A stretch of DNA of 64,000 nt from Oscillospiraceae bacterium (GTDB lineage: Bacteria; Bacteroidota; Bacteroidia; Bacteroidales; Bacteroidaceae). Positions 57,111-64,000 of the stretch are shown here, piece after piece. The translations under genes were made by a program, and so were the position numbers. The notes below the pieces were generated by a model that did no database searches, was not told the DNA's origin, and saw nothing but the letters and a program-made list of their open reading frames with translations. The stretch covers positions 168-64,167 of the forward strand of contig CAVHEN010000014.1 of assembly GCA_963635115.1 (NCBI GenBank), given 5' to 3'. Within the stretch, counting starts at the first letter, position 1. Every line of letters begins with the position of its first letter.

Positions 57111-58484
57111 TCACAGCATGTACCACGCAATCAAGTACGCATTGTATCCCCAGAAATATACGGTGAGAATCCTGATGAGGTATCGTGTGCATTCGGCTTG
57201 CCGCCCATGCAGTTTTCTTAGCAGGCAAGCCAGTGCCACGGGAATGATGAACATCCAGTGGCCGCCGTTTATTGCCACTTCGTTCAGTCCGAAGCCAAGC
57301 ACTACGTGGATTGTCAGGTCTATGGCAAACCACGACAGCAACATCTGCAATATGCGATCCTTATAACCGCAGAAGATGCCCCCGAAGAACAAGGCCACGA
57401 TGACGGCCTCTATCGCGTAGTTGACCCACGACGAGTAAGTCACTTCGGTGGGACGCCCCAAGAAGACGTCGCCAAGGAGATACTCGCGGTGGAGTTGTAT
57501 CGACTCGCCGAAGAGCCCGTCCACGATACCGTTCACGCGTGAGGCGTCGGCGTTGATCCAACGCAAGAAAGGCTTGTCGCTGATCGACTTGCCGTTGATT
57601 TTCGTCATCGCGATAGAGTTCTTGACGCTGCGTATAGAGTCTTGCTTGAATTTCGCTGGATCTTTTATTGCCAACTTCTGCTTCATCACCTCGGCATTGT
57701 TGTCCCTTTGTGCAACGATGGTTTGGTCTTGAGCCCAATAGGTTCCCAAAAGCAAGGCAGAGGGAAGGAGGAATCCCAAAAGCATGTTTTTCCATGAGAA
57801 GGCTTTTCGCTTGTCGACGAACAACGCCCCGAGCAGGGTCTTTACGCCGTTGGTCAGCGTGATGCCGGTGGTGATGTAATACAGCAAGGCTGGCTTGTAC
57901 CATGCTATGGCCTTGCCTTGGCGAATGTATCTACCGAAGACGTAGAGCGTGAACACGAGGATGGAGAACGAGAAGATGAAATGGTCTGGCGACATTGCCG
58001 AGGTCATGATGGAGGCGAAAGAGAACAGTAATGCCGTGAGCCAAATGCTGTCGCTCCTCCTCATGCCCATAAGTTCATGTTGCGTCCGGTACATGAATAT
58101 TATGGCATAGAGAGACGCAATGACGACGAGTGTCGCCATGATGAACATTGACGCGTTTACATCCCACGTCTGCATGATCCAACGGTTGAGCACGGAGAAT
58201 GGGTACAGAAACAGGGTCAGCACCGGATGTCGCTCAAGGTTATAGTAAACGTTGAACTTTGTCAACGTCATGTACGCGTAAGGGTCATAGCCGGAGAAAT
58301 GGAGCTGGTTGTTGAACAGGCTCCAGCCGCCAATTCTCCCACATTTTGCCAAGAGGAACTTAGGCCAGTGGTTGTAAATCAGCATGGAGTTCAGCAGTGC
58401 CAATATGCACACTGAGACTATCGCCATCCAGCGCTCGTCCTTGCGAATGGCGAAGATATGGAAAGGGTTTCTCATTCTCTTCAT
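57111..58484 (-). CDS. DUF6080-like polytopic membrane protein
   Basis: SGYDP, RHP, PDHF, GESIQLH, GFGLNE; paralog of 62245..63657. Confidence 0.7.
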   Translation of the reverse strand: MKRMRNPFHIFAIRKDERWMAIVSVCILALLNSMLIYNHWPKFLLAKCGRIGGWSLFNNQLHFSGYDPYAYMTLTKFNVYYNLERHPVLTLFLYPFSVLNRWIMQTWDVNASMFIMATLVVIASLYAIIFMYRTQHELMGMRRSDSIWLTALLFSFASIMTSAMSPDHFIFSFSILVFTLYVFGRYIRQGKAIAWYKPALLYYITTGITLTNGVKTLLGALFVDKRKAFSWKNMLLGFLLPSALLLGTYWAQDQTIVAQRDNNAEVMKQKLAIKDPAKFKQDSIRSVKNSIAMTKINGKSISDKPFLRWINADASRVNGIVDGLFGESIQLHREYLLGDVFLGRPTEVTYSSWVNYAIEAVIVALFFGGIFCGYKDRILQMLLSWFAIDLTIHVVLGFGLNEVAINGGHWMFIIPVALACLLRKLHGRQAECTRYLIRILTVYFWGYNAYLIAWYML

Positions 58485-58608
58485 GATTGAAACTATATAA
58501 TATATATATGTGTACGGCGTGCAAAATTACTATTTTTTTCCCTATTCCTTGCCGAAAGCTTGTGCCATTGCGCTTTTTCTTGTATCTTTGCGGACAAAAG
58601 AAATACAG

Positions 58609-59571
58609 ATGATTCCCAATAAGACGGTGTCGGTAGTGATGTGCACCTTCAACGGTGAGCGGTATGTCAGGGAGCAATTGGACTCTATTGTCGCCCAGAC
58701 ATGTCCCATACATGAGCTTATCATCCAAGACGATGGCTCCACCGACCGCACTGTGGAGATATGCAGGGAATACGCGTATCGTTACCCCTTCATACAGGTT
58801 GTTGTCAATGACCGCAACCTTGGGCTGGACGCCAACTTCGAGGCTGCCACGATGCGGTCCTCGGGCGATTTCGTGGCTTTCTCCGATCAGGATGACGTGT
58901 GGTATCCTGAGAAAATCAGCAGGCAGATGGCGGCAATAGGCGATAGCGACATCTGCTTCTCTTGTTATGACCGTGGAGCTGACAGAGACCACGCGACCTT
59001 CGTCTGTCAGCAATATCGCCTCGAAGCACTTCTCTTTGCCGGATTCGCGGGCCATACCATGTTGCTGCGTGGTGAGTTTGCACGCAAGCATGAGCATTGG
59101 GCGTTGGCAAGCCAGGTGCCATTCATGCACTACGATTGGAGCCTCGCCGTGTTTGCGCAGTTGGATCGTGGCATCGTCCGCCTTGATGAGGCGTTGAACC
59201 TCCACCGTTGCAACCCCGAGTCGGCCATTGCCAAGGAGTTGAGGCAAGGCAGTCGAGTGCCGGCTTACGTGCCTTATACTCAAGGGCTGCGTGAGTATCG
59301 GCGGATGCAGTCGCTCCCAGAGTGGCGACAGTTCTACTCCCTGGTTTTTAATCGCACGTCAAACAAGTTCCAGCCATTAGCTCATCGCATGAGCGGCTTC
59401 ATGTTGAAGCCAGGCATCGGTGCTTTGTTGCGGCTGTGCCGTTTGTGTTGCCGCCATCGTGCCACGATCTATTGGAATGGTGGCGCCCATGGAATCATGG
59501 GCAAAGTTCGTGGCTTCTTCTACCCCTTGATATTCGCTTACAACAACAAGAAATTTTACCAAGACCAATGA
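58609..59571 (+). CDS. Glycosyltransferase family 2
   Basis: VSVVMCTFNGE, DDGSTD, FSDQDDVW, HYDW; ATG 58609 behind a -7 box at 58583. Confidence 0.9.
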   Translation: MIPNKTVSVVMCTFNGERYVREQLDSIVAQTCPIHELIIQDDGSTDRTVEICREYAYRYPFIQVVVNDRNLGLDANFEAATMRSSGDFVAFSDQDDVWYPEKISRQMAAIGDSDICFSCYDRGADRDHATFVCQQYRLEALLFAGFAGHTMLLRGEFARKHEHWALASQVPFMHYDWSLAVFAQLDRGIVRLDEALNLHRCNPESAIAKELRQGSRVPAYVPYTQGLREYRRMQSLPEWRQFYSLVFNRTSNKFQPLAHRMSGFMLKPGIGALLRLCRLCCRHRATIYWNGGAHGIMGKVRGFFYPLIFAYNNKKFYQDQ

Positions 59572-60290
59572 ACATAGCATTGCTTACCGCCGGCGGCGTC
59601 GGCAACAGGATGGGGCAGGATATCCCTAAACAGTTTATGACCATCGACAATGTCCCCGTGATCATTTACACCATGCAGGCGTTTCAGCGGCATCCGTTGG
59701 TGGACGCCATCTCCGTGGTCTGCCTGAAAGGGTGGGAGGTGGTTCTCCAGGCTTACGCCAACCAGTTCAACATCACCAAGCTGAAGTGGATCTTCGAGGG
59801 CGGCGACAGCAACCAGCATTCCATACGCAATGGCCTAGAGGGACTGCGCGGCGCAGGCTGCCACGACGACGACATAATACTCGTGCACGACGGCGTGCGC
59901 CCCTTGGTGAGCGAGCGCATCATAACCGAGAACATCGAGAAATGCCGCAAGTACGGTTATGCCGTCACTGGGCTTGTCTGCAAGGAGGCCATCATGGAGA
60001 AGGTGGACGACTGCGTGAGAAACATCACCATCCCACGCGAGCGCCTAATCCGCACGCAAACTCCCCACACCTATCGTCTTGGCGACTTGCTGAAGGCTCA
60101 CCACGAGGCAGAGGACAAACACGTGGAGAACACGGTGGCTTCGTGCACGCTGATGTCCGCACTTGGCGTGGATGACCAGCGTCTGGTGTTGGGCTCCGAG
60201 AGAAATGGGCTTAAACTGACGCAGACGGAAGACATTGAGCTCTTCAAGGCCTTGATTCATACCGAGGCGGAGTCGTGGATAAAAAGGTGA
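59568..60290 (+). CDS. IspD/TarI-family cytidylyltransferase
   Basis: AGGVGNRMG..PKQF, HDGVRP, QTPH, KLT; ATGA overlap with the GT2. Confidence 0.88.
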   Translation: MNIALLTAGGVGNRMGQDIPKQFMTIDNVPVIIYTMQAFQRHPLVDAISVVCLKGWEVVLQAYANQFNITKLKWIFEGGDSNQHSIRNGLEGLRGAGCHDDDIILVHDGVRPLVSERIITENIEKCRKYGYAVTGLVCKEAIMEKVDDCVRNITIPRERLIRTQTPHTYRLGDLLKAHHEAEDKHVENTVASCTLMSALGVDDQRLVLGSERNGLKLTQTEDIELFKALIHTEAESWIKR

Positions 60291-60333
60291 GCTTGACGTG
60301 GCAAAGGTTAAACAAGACTATGGGTTGGCAGAG

Positions 60334-61365
60334 ATGAACAAATATCAAGAAGACTTGTTGGAGGTGTCGGCATCTCCTCTTCCTTGGCAAAGGCTGACGG
60401 GCAAGAATGTCTTGGTGCTCGGCGCGACAGGGCTGATAGGAGGCGCCGTGGTAGACGTGCTCATGCGCCGCGCGCCATTAGACTTCGACGTCTACGCCTG
60501 TGGTCGCAATGAGGAGCGGGCGCGTCGGCGCTTCTCTGGTTGGTGGTCGAACCCTCGCTTCCATTTCATGAAGCACGACGTCACATTGCCTTGGGAAGAA
60601 ACCGCGGACTTCCATTTCGTCATCGACGCTGCCAGTGGCGCCTCACCCCAGCTCTATCTTTCAGACCCCGTCGGCATCGTCCGCGCCAACATCCTCGGCG
60701 TGGACCGGCTTCTCGATTATGGCAGGCGGCACGGCATGGAGAAGTTTGTGTATGTCTCTTCTGGCGAGGTCTATGGCGAGGGCGATGGCAGGGCGTTCGC
60801 CGAGGATTACAGTGGCTATGTTGATCCCATGAGTGTGCGGTCGTGTTATCCGTCGTCAAAGCGCGCGGCGGAGACGCTTTGCGTGGCTTACGCCCACGAG
60901 TATGGCATGGACGTGAGCGTGGCGCGCCCTTCCCACGTCTATGGACCTTGTTTCACGGAGGGCGACAAGCGCGTCTATGCCGAGTTCATACGCAATGTCC
61001 TTAGAGGCGAGGACATCGTGATGAAGAGCGACGGCATGAAGTTCCGGTCGTGGTGCTATGTTGCCGATTGCGTCTCAGCCTTGCTATATATTCTTCTCAA
61101 GGGCGAGTCGGGCAAGGCATATAACATTGCCGACGAGTCGTCCAACAAGACTATACGCAAGTTGGCCCTCATGATTGCCGCCATTGGTGGCCGTCAGGTG
61201 CGCATGGAGCTTCCGCCCGACGCGGCAGCGACGGGAGGCACGCCCATCACCAAGGCGGTGTTCGACACGTCTCGTTTGCGTGGCCTTGGCTGGAGTGTCA
61301 GCGGCACGATGGCGGACAAGATGCGGGCGACGATAGAAGAGGCATCGCGCCAGTCCGCGATTTAG
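60334..61365 (+). CDS. NAD-dependent SDR epimerase/reductase
   Basis: GATGLIG, SSGEVYG, YPSSK; alternative GTG start at 60298. Confidence 0.85.
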   Translation: MNKYQEDLLEVSASPLPWQRLTGKNVLVLGATGLIGGAVVDVLMRRAPLDFDVYACGRNEERARRRFSGWWSNPRFHFMKHDVTLPWEETADFHFVIDAASGASPQLYLSDPVGIVRANILGVDRLLDYGRRHGMEKFVYVSSGEVYGEGDGRAFAEDYSGYVDPMSVRSCYPSSKRAAETLCVAYAHEYGMDVSVARPSHVYGPCFTEGDKRVYAEFIRNVLRGEDIVMKSDGMKFRSWCYVADCVSALLYILLKGESGKAYNIADESSNKTIRKLALMIAAIGGRQVRMELPPDAAATGGTPITKAVFDTSRLRGLGWSVSGTMADKMRATIEEASRQSAI

Positions 61366-61371
61366 GGGCGT

Positions 61372-62211
61372 TCAGTCTTCCACCACGGTCTCCACCTTGT
61401 GGCGGTCTCGCTTGTCCACAGGAGGCAAGTCCATGTAGTTGCCATATATTATGGAGCAGAGCTCCTCGGGCTTGGCAGGCCCTTCAAATGTCTTCCCCTC
61501 GAACACGATGTCGCGGTGCGGGACGAGCACGTCCTTGTCGAAATGCTCGTAGAACCAAGCCCCGTAGCTGTGCATGTAGCAACGCTTGTTGCCAAAGGCG
61601 CGGCCTATGGCGCGAAACACCGGGAACACCATATAATGCAATATGTCGTAGCCGGCTTGTGCCATTCGTGGATGCACGCCGGCAAACCTCAGGTTGACGT
61701 TCACCGAAAGCTTAGCCGCCAAGCGCTGAAGCCACGGAATCATGTGTCCCTCGTAGGGAAAGATGTCGATGTGCAGTCCCTGGAATGTCAGCGCCTCTGC
61801 CGTGCGGCGGTCCTTGCTCGTCGCGTCGTCGTGGCTCACCTCGCGGCTCTTGAGGTCGCGCAGCACGGCCCATTCCTTGTAGAAGCCCTTGTCGGTGTCG
61901 TTGTCTTGAAGCACGTATTGGGGATGAGGGTGTGTCTTGAGATGGTCGCACAGGCGCTTGTAATCCTTGCGGTCCACTACGAAGTCGATGTCGTCGTCCC
62001 ATGGTATGAACCCGCCATGGCGCAATGCCCCGAGAATGTTGCCACCGTCCAGGCGGCAAGCCACGCCAATCTCGCGGGCGGTGGCTTGCAGGTAGACGGC
62101 CATGTCGAGCAGGCGAAGTTGGGCGCGTCGTCGTGCCGAGCCGTCGGGGTTGTATTTCCGGCGGAGGTCTTCTTCGGTCTCGCCGGTGTTGTATGTCTTG
62201 TTTTCTTTCAT
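61372..62211 (-). CDS. LicD-family phosphotransferase
   Basis: GNILGALRHGGFIPWDDDID, IDIFP, YGNYMDLPP. Confidence 0.92.
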   Translation of the reverse strand: MKENKTYNTGETEEDLRRKYNPDGSARRRAQLRLLDMAVYLQATAREIGVACRLDGGNILGALRHGGFIPWDDDIDFVVDRKDYKRLCDHLKTHPHPQYVLQDNDTDKGFYKEWAVLRDLKSREVSHDDATSKDRRTAEALTFQGLHIDIFPYEGHMIPWLQRLAAKLSVNVNLRFAGVHPRMAQAGYDILHYMVFPVFRAIGRAFGNKRCYMHSYGAWFYEHFDKDVLVPHRDIVFEGKTFEGPAKPEELCSIIYGNYMDLPPVDKRDRHKVETVVED

Positions 62212-62244
62212 GTCTTGTCCAAATAGTCTTTCCGTTGTCGCTTG

Positions 62245-63657
62245 CTAAGTCAGGTAAGTGATATATAGCCAGCCGTTATATATAATAAGGTATAGGGTCG
62301 TGACGGCCACTATGCCACGCAACCACCGTTGTGGGTTGTGGAGCAGCAGGTATGCCATCGCGATGGTGAGGATGAACAGCCAGTGGGGCGACATGATGTA
62401 AGCCTCGTTGAGGCCGAAGCCCAACACGAAGTGTATCACCAGGTCGAAGCCAAGGAAGGAGAGGGCGAGCCAGAGGAAGCGCGACTTTCGCCCAAACCAG
62501 ATGCCGGCGACGAACAGCAATGCTATCACGCCCTCCACGAGATAATTGTATATGTGATTGTATTTGACAATCACGGGGCGGTTTCTCAACACGTCGCCCA
62601 AGAGATAGTCGTCGTGAAGCTGTATTGGCTCGCCGAAAATGTTCTCCACCATCGATTCCCAACGTGGCGTGGATATGTCGGTCCATTGCCCGAACTCCGT
62701 CTTGTTTATTGGTTTGCCCTTATGTGCATACACGGCTTTCTTTTGTTGCCGTCTCGTCTTTGCCGCGTCGCTCATGGCAATGGCCTTCCTCACGCAAGCG
62801 TTTATGGCTGCAGTGTCGCGCAGGTGCGTGGTGTCCCTCACGGCCGCGGCAACCTTCTCGTGTCGTTTCTCTGCTATCTTGGCGCGCTTCTCCACCCTCG
62901 CCTGGTATTTAGGCTTCTCGAAGTGTTGCCATTCGAGCCTTGCGCCAAGCCATATCAGCGCGGAAGGAACTATGATGGCGAGAATCAGGTTGGCGGGTCG
63001 CCAAAAGCGCTTGCCGTTTACGAAGAAGTTGGCGAGAAACACCTTCACGCCATTGTTTAGCGAGATGCCGGCGGTGAGAAAGAAAAGCACGATCGTCTGC
63101 CATGTAGTGAGCGCGCGTCCGCTGCTTAGCAGCCTGCCAGAGAGGTAGAGCGTCAGTATGAGCATGAACATCGACAGGCAGAAGTGGTCGGGCACGCTGA
63201 TGCCGACGATGACGAAGCCGAAGGAGAAGGTCAACGTCCCAAGGAGCCATGCGTCGGTGCGGCTTGTGCCTATGATGTCGTGAAAGATTCTTACGAGGAA
63301 GACAAAACTGTAGAAGGCGCAGAACGTCAGGATTAGCGCCATGATGACAGTCGCCCAATTGGTCCCCGTCAGCTCCATGAGCACCTGGTTCAGTTGGTTG
63401 GGAATGAACATGAAGAAGGCAAGCAGCGGGTGCCTGTATATGTTGTAACTGGTGTCCCAATAGGAGATGACCATGTAGGATATCGGGTCGAAGCCAGATA
63501 TGTGGAACTGCAGGAACAGCTTGTGGTAGTTGTCGTTCAAGGCGAAAAACTTATCCGCATACTTGTAGACGACCAGTGAGTTCCAAAGAACCACATACAA
63601 GAGGGCTAAGCAAGATGGCCAACGCTCCTCGCGCCTTATCTTAAAGATGTTTTCCAT
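62245..63657 (-). CDS. DUF6080-like polytopic membrane protein
   Basis: SGFDP, RHP, PDHF, GEPIQLH, GFGLNE; MENIFKIRR aligns with the paralog N-terminus; in-frame upstream ATGs lie in the repeat. Confidence 0.7.
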   Translation of the reverse strand: MENIFKIRREERWPSCLALLYVVLWNSLVVYKYADKFFALNDNYHKLFLQFHISGFDPISYMVISYWDTSYNIYRHPLLAFFMFIPNQLNQVLMELTGTNWATVIMALILTFCAFYSFVFLVRIFHDIIGTSRTDAWLLGTLTFSFGFVIVGISVPDHFCLSMFMLILTLYLSGRLLSSGRALTTWQTIVLFFLTAGISLNNGVKVFLANFFVNGKRFWRPANLILAIIVPSALIWLGARLEWQHFEKPKYQARVEKRAKIAEKRHEKVAAAVRDTTHLRDTAAINACVRKAIAMSDAAKTRRQQKKAVYAHKGKPINKTEFGQWTDISTPRWESMVENIFGEPIQLHDDYLLGDVLRNRPVIVKYNHIYNYLVEGVIALLFVAGIWFGRKSRFLWLALSFLGFDLVIHFVLGFGLNEAYIMSPHWLFILTIAMAYLLLHNPQRWLRGIVAVTTLYLIIYNGWLYITYLT

Positions 63658-63661
63658 CGTA

Positions 63662-63916
63662 TGGTTGTTATTGTTTGGCTGCAGCATGACGTTGTTATTG
63701 TTTAGCTGCCTCATGGAATTGTTGTTTGGCAACCTCATGGGATTTTTATTGTTTGGCTTCCGCATGGAGTTGTTGTTCTGTGCCTCATGGTTTTTTTATT
63801 GTTTGGCTGCCACATGGAGTTGTGTTTGGTTGCCTCATGGGATGTTATTGTTTGGCTACAGCATCAAGTTGTTCTTGTTCGGCTACCGCATGGAATTGTA
63901 TTTGGTTGCCTCATGG
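63662..63916 (-). repeat. Ten degenerate 23-27-bp tandem units (consensus CATGAGGCAGCCAAACAATAACAAC)
   Basis: Minus-strand ATGs at 63687, 63714, 63738, 63765, 63788, 63815, 63838, 63864, 63891, 63914. Confidence 0.85.
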
Positions 63917-63927
63917 GATGTTGTTTG

Positions 63928-63935
63928 CAAAGTTA
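63928..63935 (-). promoter_or_regulatory. -7 element TAACTTTG upstream of the repeat ladder and the DUF6080-licD unit
   Basis: TAnnTTTG match immediately upstream of the array. Confidence 0.6.
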
Positions 63936-64000
63936 ATGCTTTTTCCTGTGAAAGGATTGTCGTGGCGCCAAATTAACAACATATATGTCCATCTGCTCGT

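Noticed and set aside
63856..63891. TAG readthrough or recoding in the repeat units
   Set aside because: Ordinary genes here end in TAG (e.g. 29578, 37589, 57083), consistent with the standard code
63647..63976. 109-aa hydrophobic plus-strand ORF over the repeat ladder
   Set aside because: Antisense reading of the AAC repeats with no plus-strand promoter evident; cannot be fully excluded

Overview
Chromosomal window from a GC-rich Prevotella-like Bacteroidales genome. The assignment rests on many TAnnTTTG '-7' promoter boxes, SusC/SusD and HmuY genes, and A-rich SD-less leaders. Gene content in order: (1) the start of the arg operon (argR, GNAT, partial argG); (2) an envelope-modification operon (EptA-like, two acyltransferases, UbiA-type prenyl-phosphate phosphoribosyltransferase, HAD, GtrA); (3) folP-cdaA, pta-ackA, DUF59-lpxH, radC and two AAA-ATPases; (4) an HmuY/TonB-receptor pair and proA-argF'; (5) a complete glycerol/G3P cluster (glpABC, glpK, glpF, porin-like gene, glpT), whose DeoR/GlpR regulator is separated from it by a 12-kb non-glycan SusCD-DUF4843-PKD-thioredoxin locus; (6) a P1B ATPase and a C10-protease remnant; (7) a surface-glycan cluster (Wzx, GTs, two DUF6080-like proteins, IspD-like plus SDR, LicD). 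Non-coding highlights: seven copies of a dispersed 22-bp minisatellite element, two bounded by ~19-bp terminal inverted repeats (MITE-like); a CTTTC-N5-GAAAG palindrome shared by the glpA promoter and the glpR/SusCD divergent region; 33-bp-periodic palindrome arrays; and a ladder of ten ATG-containing repeats in the leader of a DUF6080-like gene. No rRNA, tRNA, CRISPR array or transposase was seen. All product calls are from motif recognition, with no database searches.
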